From contig CAMVRN010000006.1 in assembly GCA_947169915.1 (NCBI GenBank), forward strand, positions 301 to 64,300: DNA of 64,000 bases, read 5' to 3'. A program made the translations under genes and the position numbers. Positions 1 to 7,550 of the stretch are shown here, piece after piece. The notes beneath the pieces are model-generated. The model did not search any database, was not told the origin of the DNA, and saw only the letters and a list, made by a program, of their open reading frames with translations. Numbering within the stretch: the first letter of the stretch is position 1; every line of letters starts with the position of its first letter. This DNA comes from an uncultured Candidatus Saccharibacteria bacterium. Its GTDB lineage: Bacteria > Patescibacteriota > Saccharimonadia > Saccharimonadales > Saccharimonadaceae.

Positions 1-417
1 ATTGCTGGCTCTGTCCGGGATTCTGACCTCAAGAACATTGTTGATTGTTCTGAACTCTGTGGACTTCGCGATAGTTTCTATGCCGCGGATCGTGATGCGT
101 GCAGTCTGAGGAATTGCCTCAAGAAGAGTCTGGATGACGTCATCGGGCTGATGAAGGTCAGCCAAGCGGACCGTGAGATTCTCGAGGAGTTGTGGTCGAT
201 GCTTGAGCGCATCGATAACTCCAGGGTCAAGATTGCTGATGCGATTCGTAGTACGGTCGATAGGATTATAGAAATGCATGAGTCTTTGGAAACTGAGTTT
301 GAAGTCGCCAATGAGGAGATTGCCAGGTTGAATGAATACGCTGCTGCGTTTTATGAATTTGGCGGGAAGGCTCCTGATAAGGACAGTTCTGAAGAACTTG
401 ATGGCGAAGAAGAGTAA
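1..417 (+). CDS. Hypothetical helical/acidic protein, 5'-truncated by the window edge
   Basis: Frame 1 is open from base 1 (IAGSVRDSDLK...) through the track ORF 151..417; a terminator follows. Confidence 0.6.
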   Translation: MAGSVRDSDLKNIVDCSELCGLRDSFYAADRDACSLRNCLKKSLDDVIGLMKVSQADREILEELWSMLERIDNSRVKIADAIRSTVDRIIEMHESLETEFEVANEEIARLNEYAAAFYEFGGKAPDKDSSEELDGEEE

Positions 418-441
418 TAAAGAGTAATAACAACAAAACAA

Positions 442-468
442 GAGCCCCGTTTCCGGGGCTCGTTTTTT
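442..468. terminator. Bidirectional intrinsic terminator between ORF1 and valS
   Basis: GAGCCCCG-tttc-CGGGGCTC stem with an A-rich left flank and a T-run on the right, between convergent genes. Confidence 0.85.
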
Positions 469-480
469 TGTCTTTCGATT

Positions 481-3081
481 TTATTCGATGACTGATAATT
501 CCCCTTTGAGACGTTCGATGAGGGCCTCTTTCTCTTCGATTCCTTTGCGAGTTTCTGCGACGAGATTGGCAGGGGCTTTTTCTACGTAGCGTGGGTTCAT
601 CATACGAGCGTTTAGGGCATCTAATTCCCTACCAACGGAAAGGATGCGTTCGGTGAGCTGTTCTTTGTAGGTTTTAACTATTTCTGCTGGCACGTCGAGA
701 TATACTTCTCGGCCGGAGAGAGCAAGGCGAATACCACGTGGCGTGCCGTCGGTTGGACCAATTTTGTCGGTTCTGGTCATGAACCGGACTAAGTCGGCGT
801 TATCGGCGATAAGTGCATCATCACCATAAAGCAAGCCAACGGAAATGCCTTTAACAGTGTCTTTAAGGCCCGCTAAGACCTTTCTGGCCTCTAGGACGGT
901 TAGCATAAGCCTTTCGAACTGTTCGGCGCTTATTGGGTCAAATTCGAGGCTTTCCGGCCAATTCTGATTGATAATCATGCCGTCTGTCCAGCTAAGGCTT
1001 TGCCAAATCGTTTCTGTAACAAATGGCATGAATGGGTGAGCGATTATAAGAATCTCTTCGAAAGTTTTCTTCAAAAGAGGGATGTTTTTCAAGAGTTTTT
1101 GGCTTTCTAGGAACCAATCGGCGTATTTATCCCAAATGGTGGAATAGACGAGTTCTACGGCTTCGGAGAAGCGGTAATCTTTCATGGCTTTTTCGATGGA
1201 TTCCCTGAGATTGTCAATTTCGCGGCAAATCCAATCTTCACCGAGATTGTTGGTTTCATAAGACCCGTCTTGCTTTTCGCTTTCTTCAACCCAGGAGTCG
1301 ATGAGGCGGGCAATGTTCCATAGTTTATTGCAGAGGTTACGGCCGGCCATGACGGAATCTTCTGAGAAGGCTTGGGCGAGGCCTGCAGAGCGACCGCGGA
1401 GAATGCCGAGACGGAAGGCGTCGGACCCGTATTTGGCGACGAGCTCCATTGGGTTAATGACGTTTCCTTTGGATTTGCTCATCTTTTTGCCGTGGCTATC
1501 TAGAACGAGGCCGTGGAGATAAACTTCTTTGAATGGAACTTCCTTGGTTACGTAAAGTCCCATCATAATCATGCGGGCGACCCAGGCGAAGAGGATATCT
1601 GCGCCAGTCTCCATGACGTTTAGAGGATAGAATGGAGAGCCGTGTTCTTCGGTCCAGTCGGTACAGACTATTGGCCAGTGGGAGCTAGAGAACCAGGTGT
1701 CAAAAGTGTCTTCGTCGCGGATGTATTTAACGCCGCCTACTTCGATTTCTGTAAGGTTGGTGCGAGTGTCGAAAATCCAATCAGGAACGTCGTCGAAGTT
1801 TGTGGAACCGGTTGCGGAAGAGAGGGTTGTTGATTTTTTGAACATCGGGATTGGGATTCCCCATGGAATTTGACGGGAGATGTTCCAGTCTTTTAGACCC
1901 TTAAGATAGTTGATAATGACGGATTTTTTAGAGGCGGGATAGAATTTTATCTCGTTTTTTTCGAGATGTTCGATAGCGACTTTAGCAAGTTTTTCTGTAT
2001 CGACAAACCATTGTTCCTTGAGGGTTGGTTCAATGATGGTTCCGCATTTGTAGCAGTGAGAAACGGCATGGGAGATTTCGTGAACGCCGAGAAGAAGCCC
2101 CTGGTCGGCAAGGTCTTTTAGGACTTTAGCGCGACACTCTTCAGTTGTGAGACCCGCATAGGATTCACCGGCGGTTTCGAGCATGCGCCCATCATCGCCA
2201 ATGACTCGAAGGTTTTCGAGATTATGACGTTTCCCTACTTCAAAGTCATCAAAATCGTGTGCTGGGGTGATTTTGACGGCGCCAGTACCGTATTCTGGGT
2301 CGGCGTGTTCATCGGCGATAACGGGGATTTCTCGGTCGGTTAGAGGGAGTTTTACTTTTGTTCCGATGATGTCTTTATAGCGTTCGTCTTCTGGATTGAC
2401 TGCAACAGCTTGGTCGCCAAAGAGAGTTTCTGGGCGAGTTGTTGATACGACGATATCTTTGCTGTAGCGAATATCCCAGAGATGACCCGGTTCATCAACA
2501 TGTTCGACTTCTATGTCTGCGAACGCGGTTTGGTGTTTTGGACAGTAATTAACGAGCTTTTCGCCACGATAAATCATTCCGTCGTTCCACATTTTTTCGA
2601 AGGTTTTATAGACGCGTGATACGACATTTTCATCTAGCGTAAAGGTTAAATCGTTCCAGGAACAGGATGCGCCAAGTGCGCGGACTTGAAGCTCCATATT
2701 TCCTCTTTGTTCTTGTACGAAATCCCAGACTTTTGCGTATAGTTCGTCTCGCGTATATTCGAAACGAGTGTGTCCTACGGCTTCGAGAGCGCGTTCATAA
2801 ACAACCCAGGTTTCAAAGCCTGCGTGGTCTGCTCCTGGGACGTACCAGGTATTGTTCCCTCTTAAACGATAATAACGGACGAGTGAGTCTTCGATTGCAA
2901 TAGTTAGACCATGACCGATATGGAGGTTGCCGTTGGCATTTGGGGGAGGCATAACGATGGAGTATTCCCCTGTTTTGCCCGCTTCTTGGGTACTTGTCGG
3001 ATTAAAAGCTCCAGAAGACTCCCATGCGTGATATATTTCGGCCTCAAATTTGTCTGGTTCGTAAGAAGAAGTGAATTTCAT
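481..3081 (-). CDS. valS: Valine--tRNA ligase
   Basis: 866 aa; PPPNANGNLHIGH (HIGH) and KMSKS motifs, DHAGFETW, C-terminal coiled-coil arm. Confidence 0.97.
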   Translation of the reverse strand: MKFTSSYEPDKFEAEIYHAWESSGAFNPTSTQEAGKTGEYSIVMPPPNANGNLHIGHGLTIAIEDSLVRYYRLRGNNTWYVPGADHAGFETWVVYERALEAVGHTRFEYTRDELYAKVWDFVQEQRGNMELQVRALGASCSWNDLTFTLDENVVSRVYKTFEKMWNDGMIYRGEKLVNYCPKHQTAFADIEVEHVDEPGHLWDIRYSKDIVVSTTRPETLFGDQAVAVNPEDERYKDIIGTKVKLPLTDREIPVIADEHADPEYGTGAVKITPAHDFDDFEVGKRHNLENLRVIGDDGRMLETAGESYAGLTTEECRAKVLKDLADQGLLLGVHEISHAVSHCYKCGTIIEPTLKEQWFVDTEKLAKVAIEHLEKNEIKFYPASKKSVIINYLKGLKDWNISRQIPWGIPIPMFKKSTTLSSATGSTNFDDVPDWIFDTRTNLTEIEVGGVKYIRDEDTFDTWFSSSHWPIVCTDWTEEHGSPFYPLNVMETGADILFAWVARMIMMGLYVTKEVPFKEVYLHGLVLDSHGKKMSKSKGNVINPMELVAKYGSDAFRLGILRGRSAGLAQAFSEDSVMAGRNLCNKLWNIARLIDSWVEESEKQDGSYETNNLGEDWICREIDNLRESIEKAMKDYRFSEAVELVYSTIWDKYADWFLESQKLLKNIPLLKKTFEEILIIAHPFMPFVTETIWQSLSWTDGMIINQNWPESLEFDPISAEQFERLMLTVLEARKVLAGLKDTVKGISVGLLYGDDALIADNADLVRFMTRTDKIGPTDGTPRGIRLALSGREVYLDVPAEIVKTYKEQLTERILSVGRELDALNARMMNPRYVEKAPANLVAETRKGIEEKEALIERLKGELSVIE

Positions 3082-3110
3082 AAGATTATTATAACACGAT
3101 TAACAGAGGA

Positions 3111-3139
3111 TTGACAAATATACGTTAGTGTGATACAAT
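3111..3139 (+). promoter_or_regulatory. Sigma70-type promoter for the small ORF at 3195
   Basis: TTGACA (3111-3116), 17-bp spacer, TACAAT (3134-3139) with extended -10 TG. Confidence 0.8.
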
Positions 3140-3194
3140 ACATTGGAGCTTCGAAAGAGGCTTGCAATTTTTTAAGAAGGGAGGACAAGTATCA

Positions 3195-3389
3195 ATGAGT
3201 AACTTGTCCAGAAAAAAACATCGTAGTTTCCGTCAACTTGTCGCTGAATGCGCTGCTGCTGGGCTTTCCGTGAAGAGTCCGAAGTTGAAGTACAACGACC
3301 AGCGCCGTGAGGCCTTCTGCGGTTTCAAACCGTGTCAGCTTCAGCCCTCTTTTTCCCGCCCGGTAGGTTTTAACAGAAATAAGAAATGA
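3195..3389 (+). CDS. Small basic hypothetical protein (64 aa, MSNLSRKKHRSF...)
   Basis: SD AAGGGAGG upstream of the ATG at 3195; has its own promoter and terminator. The track start at 3162 (TTG) is probably too early. Confidence 0.6.
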   Translation: MSNLSRKKHRSFRQLVAECAAAGLSVKSPKLKYNDQRREAFCGFKPCQLQPSFSRPVGFNRNKK

Positions 3390-3410
3390 TGTATTGAATT
3401 AATTCCCTTC

Positions 3411-3433
3411 TCCCCGCTTCGGCGGGGATTTTT
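3411..3433 (+). terminator. Intrinsic terminator
   Basis: TCCCCGC-TTCG-GCGGGGA followed by TTTTT (cUUCGg tetraloop). Confidence 0.85.
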
Positions 3434-3585
3434 CATAAGAAATTTTTTGACAAAAAAAAGCTTTCGGTTTATTTTTATTGACAATTGTCAAAAAACATAT
3501 TCCGATTATGGTATTTACTGTTTCGAATTGTTTTCTACACTCGCCCAAAAGCTTTTTCCTAGCAGTTACGCTTTTGGTTATTTTT

Positions 3586-3614
3586 ATTTTAGCGTATGTG
3601 GGATGCTAAGTCAA
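3586..3614 (-). promoter_or_regulatory. Putative sigma70 promoter on the minus strand with no obvious CDS downstream
   Basis: Minus strand TTGACT-17 bp-TAAAAT. Confidence 0.5.
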
Positions 3615-3696
3615 GCGTATGCTAAGCAACAGATGTTTATGAATTCAAATGCATGAGGAAAATGTGGAAAAAGGTTGTGGTTTTCTTTTGACCTAG

Positions 3697-3824
3697 AAAA
3701 GTGGATATACCCTAAACGCCAGCCTGCGGCTGGCGTATGGCCCCAGAATCATAGTAGGGAATTATGAATTTTTCTAGACTTAAAAAGTGGATATACCCCA
3801 AGGCGCTCGCTTCGCTCGCGCCTT
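3697..3824. repeat. Two direct repeats AAAAGTGGATATACCC, each followed by a GC-rich palindrome (REP-like)
   Basis: 16-bp identical repeats at 3697-3712 and 3783-3798; hairpins ACGCCAGC/GCTGGCGT (3716-3736) and AAGGCGC/GCGCCTT (3800-3824). Confidence 0.75.
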
Positions 3825-3856
3825 TGTTCCGATACAATTTGTGGTATTATTAGGTT

Positions 3857-4063
3857 ATGGCTTTCATTAGGAAATTCAAAACTGGTTCAGGAAAGACTGG
3901 AGTACAGGTTTGTTATAAGAGGAATGGTAAGGTTGTCAGGACTGTTCATATCGGAAGTGCGGAAAGTGAACTTGGACTTGAAAAACTTATTAAAAAGGCG
4001 CAGGGAATCATAGATAAAGATGAACGGCCCCTGTTTAACCTCTCTGAGTTTGATAAAAAATAG
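3857..4063 (+). CDS. 68-aa protein resembling the N-terminal domain of IS1634-family transposases; no DDE domain
   Basis: MAFIRKFKTGSGKTGVQV...HIGSAES pattern recalled from IS1634 transposase N-termini; TGgTATTAT 6 nt upstream of the ATG; terminator-like stem after the stop. Confidence 0.6.
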   Translation: MAFIRKFKTGSGKTGVQVCYKRNGKVVRTVHIGSAESELGLEKLIKKAQGIIDKDERPLFNLSEFDKK

Positions 4064-4101
4064 AATCTCTGCTTGACAGAGATTATTTTTTTCCAGATAA
4101 T
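4064..4101 (+). promoter_or_regulatory. Inverted repeat (terminator or operator) overlapping a promoter for the next gene
   Basis: AATCTCTG-cttga-CAGAGATT followed by a T-run; TTGACA (4073-4078), 17 bp, GATAAT (4096-4101). Confidence 0.55.
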
Positions 4102-4150
4102 GCTTACTAGAGGATACTTTTCCTAGTTATTTAGAAAGGTGGTGAGCAGG

Positions 4151-4825
4151 ATGCCGATTTCTTTTTATTCTACTCAAGAAGAACGCGAGGCCGTCGAAAT
4201 CGAAGTTGAGGATACCGTGACCTATCTCATGGAAAAGGAGGGGGAACTTTACCGTAATGCATCGCAGGAAGCCTTGGTTTCGCTTTGTCAGGTGCTGAGT
4301 GACTCGTTGTTCGAAAAGACACAACGGTTTTCTGCACGGTCACCAGTTTTGCAGCTTTTTGAAGCCATTTCAAGGCTTATCAGCTATTTTGACTTGTATT
4401 TTATGGCAGCTGGATTTGTGATGGTTTGTGCTGGCGGGACGAATAATTTACCCTTGATGAAGAGCATTGTTCTTATCTGTATTATGGTCCACGTTGTTGT
4501 ACTTGTCGTTACGCTTGGCCTTATGTTGTCCCAAAATGCGAGAAGACTCAAAATGTTCAATATTATTGCGATGCTTCGTATTCTCAGGGATGAGTACTTG
4601 ATTTCTAGCGAAGATGCACAGTTCACTGATGAGATGGCCTGTCGCGTTATGGCGGCAAGTAGATTTGAAGTTGTAGACGACGATGGGAATAGTACCAATG
4701 GAATGGGAAGCTTGTTCAAAGTTAAAGATGGTAAGCAAGTTGAAGATGACTTCTCTGATGAAGAGCTGCCTGATGACAACGCCGATGAAACTGAAGAAGA
4801 GTCGCATGATGACTCTAGCACCTAA
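4151..4825 (+). CDS. Hypothetical membrane protein with two TM segments and an acidic tail
   Basis: Track ORF 4139..4825; ATG at 4151 follows an SD-like AAAGGTGGTG; hydrophobic stretches and a D/E-rich C-terminus. Confidence 0.7.
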   Translation: MPISFYSTQEEREAVEIEVEDTVTYLMEKEGELYRNASQEALVSLCQVLSDSLFEKTQRFSARSPVLQLFEAISRLISYFDLYFMAAGFVMVCAGGTNNLPLMKSIVLICIMVHVVVLVVTLGLMLSQNARRLKMFNIIAMLRILRDEYLISSEDAQFTDEMACRVMAASRFEVVDDDGNSTNGMGSLFKVKDGKQVEDDFSDEELPDDNADETEEESHDDSST

Positions 4826-4858
4826 AAAATGCCCTCACGGATTTCGTGAGGGTTTTTC
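4826..4858. terminator. Bidirectional terminator
   Basis: AAAAA...CCCTCACG-gattt-CGTGAGGG-TTTTT between convergent genes. Confidence 0.85.
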
Positions 4859-5821
4859 TTAATGTTTGATTTTGCGGATTTTTCGATTAACATTTCTGAG
4901 GACTTTATAGAGACTGTACTTTTTCTTATCAATAACGAGGTCGTAGGTGCCGGTATAGTCGCGTTCGAAACCGCCGAAGGATTTCTTGTATTGGGTAAAA
5001 CCGTACCAAGGGTGATTTTTGTCTTCACTGGTTGTAATGCCCCAGAAATCGTAGTATTTTTTGCCTTCAGCTTTCGCATCGAGAATCATCTGGATAAGGA
5101 TTATGGTGCCGGCCATGAGATTGCGGTGTTCGAAGTCGGTTGCTGCATGCATATAGAAGCGAGTGTCTTCCGAATCGTAGATTAGAGCGGCGGCAATTGG
5201 AGCTTTTTTCTCATTTTCGGTTTCAAGTTCGGCAATATACAGAGTGGCAAATCCAGTTTTGAGCTGGTTTTTCAAATGGGATTCGGTTTGTGGGTTGAAA
5301 TTGTCTTTTTCGCCAAGGGTTTTTAGGAACGTGGTAAGGATTGTGATTTCCTCGGGATTTTGAGACTTTCTTAAGGTGACGCCTTTTTTAGCAGCATTTC
5401 GCCAGTAGCGAACTTTTCTCGATTCCATGCCTTTGAGAATTTCTTCTTCGGTTTTGTCATCAAGTTGGAGAATCCAGGTGTGTGCTGGGTCAATATCTTT
5501 CGATTTTACTAGGCCAATTTTTTTCAGAGTTTCTTCAGGGAAGGGAACTGTCGGTTCGAGACGAATGAAGAAGCAATTTTCCGCGTGGGCACGAGTTTTG
5601 AGAGAATCAAGGGCGCGCTTTAGAGAATTTAGAGCAACTTTTTTGTCTTTTTTGTCCTCTTTTAGGGATGGACCGTAGGGGATATTGAGGTATGGGCCCA
5701 TTTTTGTGTCGTTTTTAACAGCGAGGTAAGAGTAGTCGGATTCGGATTCGAAAAATGTTTTGTGGCCTTCGAGTTCTTCGTAAGCTTGCCATTCTTTAGT
5801 TTGGAGAAAGTGTTTAAACAT
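4859..5821 (-). CDS. FemABX/MurM-family peptidoglycan bridge aminoacyltransferase (GNAT fold)
   Basis: HFLQTKEW start, YDFWGI and GFTQYKKSFGG motifs. Start reassigned to 5821 (MFKHFLQ), 6 nt after TGcTATAAT; the 47-codon upstream extension runs through a terminator. Confidence 0.85.
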   Translation of the reverse strand: MFKHFLQTKEWQAYEELEGHKTFFESESDYSYLAVKNDTKMGPYLNIPYGPSLKEDKKDKKVALNSLKRALDSLKTRAHAENCFFIRLEPTVPFPEETLKKIGLVKSKDIDPAHTWILQLDDKTEEEILKGMESRKVRYWRNAAKKGVTLRKSQNPEEITILTTFLKTLGEKDNFNPQTESHLKNQLKTGFATLYIAELETENEKKAPIAAALIYDSEDTRFYMHAATDFEHRNLMAGTIILIQMILDAKAEGKKYYDFWGITTSEDKNHPWYGFTQYKKSFGGFERDYTGTYDLVIDKKKYSLYKVLRNVNRKIRKIKH

Positions 5822-5846
5822 GAATCCATTATAGCATATAGATAGG

Positions 5847-5874
5847 AAAAGGGCCCCGCTGGATTGCGGAGCCC
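5847..5874 (-). terminator. Intrinsic terminator on the minus strand closing the 5.85-6.43 kb unit
   Basis: Minus strand GGGCTCCGC-aatcca-GCGGGGCCC-TTTT; the stem closes only on this strand (one G-U pair). Confidence 0.7.
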
Positions 5875-6423
5875 CGATTGGGAAAATAGATTTATTTAGG
5901 AGGTAAACACTCGGGTAATGAGGTCTTTGAGAAACATGTTTCTCGGGGATTACCATGAACAAGAGTGAACTAGTCTGGGTTACAGTAGTCGTTTGATATT
6001 GCGTACTTGGACTCTCTGTACCTGATTGGACTTGGGTTTCGGTAAACGATGTCTAGGATAGTTCTGTGTGCGTGCACGTCTTGGTTTGTAGAGGTCGTGG
6101 CCACTTTGACCTGCTAAACTCGAAGGTTCGCAGAGCACAGGTTCGTTCCTTAAAGGGCGTTAATGTGGAGTTGCCAGATTGGGTAAAGTGGGTACCTTGC
6201 ATATTGTCATATACAGAGGTAGTTCGAAGAAAAACATTTTCTTCTATTACTTGTTACAACAAGAGATGCGGTTGCCTGCCTCAAGGACGAATACACGCGG
6301 TTTTTTGCGGTGCTGCCAGAGCTTCGAGGTTAAAACGTGCATTGGCGTCAGTAGCCCAATGGACTTCGCCTCCTTATCTATTCATTAATGAGCTACTTAG
6401 AAATCCTCCTTCCCTAAGTGATA
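5847..6423 (-). ncRNA. Candidate ~575-nt structured non-coding RNA of unknown family
   Basis: Strong promoter at one end and terminator at the other; no minus-strand ORF of 60 aa or more other than the unlikely femX extension; 13-bp long-range 5'/3' pairing and several internal hairpins. Confidence 0.4.
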
Positions 6424-6429
6424 GGGCTG

Positions 6430-6458
6430 ATTTTAGCACAGGGTATTTTAGGTGTCAA
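6430..6458 (-). promoter_or_regulatory. Sigma70 promoter driving the ORF-less minus-strand unit
   Basis: Minus strand TTGACA (6458-6453), 17 bp, TAAAAT (6435-6430) with extended -10 TG. Confidence 0.8.
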
Positions 6459-6464
6459 TAGGGT

Positions 6465-7526
6465 TTAGATGATTTCGGAGCGGGGGGAGATATCTAGAGA
6501 ATATGGGTCGATGGGCTTGACGTCAGACTTGATTTCATAGTAACAGGCCATAGCGACCATGGCAGCATTGTCGCCGGAAAATTTTGGCTCCGGGAAGTGG
6601 ATTTTGAGGGTAGACCCAGCGAAAAAAATGCCCGCTAGGCGTCTTAATTCGGCGTTTGCACTCACTCCGCCTGCAAAGACGAGTGTCTTTACGTCTGGAT
6701 GCTCACGAAGCGCATGTGAGAGTTTTTCGAGCAAAATATCGATGGCGGTTTTTTGGAATGAGGCAGAAAAATCGGAAATTTGTTCCTTTGTGAGTAAGTT
6801 TTTGAGTTCATGGGATGGGAAGCTTATGTCTACTCCGCATTCTTTTTGTACGGCGCGAAGGACAGCGGTTTTTAGACCTGAGAAGGAAAAGTTTAATCCT
6901 TCGACGGTTGGATGCGGGAAGCGATACTTTTCTGAATTGCCAGATTTGGCGGACTGAGCTACAGATGGACCGCCTGGGTATGGAAGACCGAGGATTTTGG
7001 CAACTTTATCGAAGCATTCGCCGACTGCATCATCTAGCGTGGTGCCGATGATTTCGAAATGATTATGCTCGGGCATGTAGATAATCTGGGTATGTCCACC
7101 AGAAATGACAAGAGAAATAAGAGGAAACACAGGTGCTTCGTTTGTATCTAGCCAATTGCTATAGATATGGCTTTTGAGGTGGTGCACGGCGTAGAGGGGT
7201 TTATTTCGAAGAATAGCAAGAGTGCGGGCGGTTAAAGTGCCAATTAAAAGGCTTCCGAGCAGGCCGGGAGTGTGAGTAACGGCGATGTAATCGATTTTGT
7301 CCCAGTCGGACTCGCCATCCTTTAATAGATTCGCGTCTTGAAAAGCCTTGTCGATGACCGGAAGGATGGCTTCGAGATGGGAGCGAGCGGCGACCTCAGG
7401 GATGACTCCGCCATAGCTCTTGAAGATGTCGATTTGAGAGACAACGACATTCGAAAGAAGCTTGCCGTCTTCTAAAATGGAGGCGGCAGTTTCGTCACAA
7501 GATGATTCAATCCCAAGAATAATCAT
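6465..7526 (-). CDS. tsaD: tRNA N6-adenosine threonylcarbamoyltransferase
   Basis: ILGIESSCDET, YGGVIPEVAARSH, HHLKSH, SGGHT, FSFSGLKT, GGVSAN and DNAAM motifs. Confidence 0.96.
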   Translation of the reverse strand: MIILGIESSCDETAASILEDGKLLSNVVVSQIDIFKSYGGVIPEVAARSHLEAILPVIDKAFQDANLLKDGESDWDKIDYIAVTHTPGLLGSLLIGTLTARTLAILRNKPLYAVHHLKSHIYSNWLDTNEAPVFPLISLVISGGHTQIIYMPEHNHFEIIGTTLDDAVGECFDKVAKILGLPYPGGPSVAQSAKSGNSEKYRFPHPTVEGLNFSFSGLKTAVLRAVQKECGVDISFPSHELKNLLTKEQISDFSASFQKTAIDILLEKLSHALREHPDVKTLVFAGGVSANAELRRLAGIFFAGSTLKIHFPEPKFSGDNAAMVAMACYYEIKSDVKPIDPYSLDISPRSEII

Positions 7527-7550
7527 CTCTATATTATAACAGATTTTTAT

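Noticed and set aside
411-430. 10-bp tandem duplication AGAGTAATAA x2 at the ORF1 stop as a target-site duplication
   Set aside because: The copies are adjacent with no element between them; replication slippage is the simpler explanation.
3447-3656. 69-aa track ORF (MTKKSFRF...)
   Set aside because: Its TTG start is part of a TTGACA box; it has no SD and runs through palindromes and an opposite-strand promoter.
3447-3712. oriC suggested by AT richness and TGTGGA-like words
   Set aside because: Only one box is within one mismatch of TTATCCACA (TGTGGAAAA, 3663-3671); there is no box cluster and no dnaA/dnaN nearby.
3697-3798. Direct repeats as a CRISPR array
   Set aside because: Only two 16-bp copies with a 70-bp gap, and no cas genes in the window.
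5822-5962. N-terminal extension of the FemABX protein, and similar upstream starts for mscL, orn, rpsO, ftsK, pyrG, pilD, ndk and the DUF4428-like gene
   Set aside because: The extensions cross -10 boxes or terminators; downstream ATGs fit promoter or SD spacing and the family N-termini better.
5885-6385. RNase P RNA, suggested by GAGGCGAAGTCC on the minus strand
   Set aside because: P4 would need a 3' partner like AATGGCTT after an ACAGAA motif; I found none, and the other conserved regions are not recognisable.
5847-6430. tmRNA, suggested by an 'ATDANARFNLEALAA' reading
   Set aside because: No stop codon follows ALAA, and there are no tRNA-like ends (GGGG 5' end; T-loop plus CCA 3' end).
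6066-6461. 131-aa plus-strand ORF as the explanation of the gap
   Set aside because: GTG start with no SD or promoter, atypical Cys/Arg-rich composition, and it runs through the strong minus-strand promoter. It is not fully excluded.
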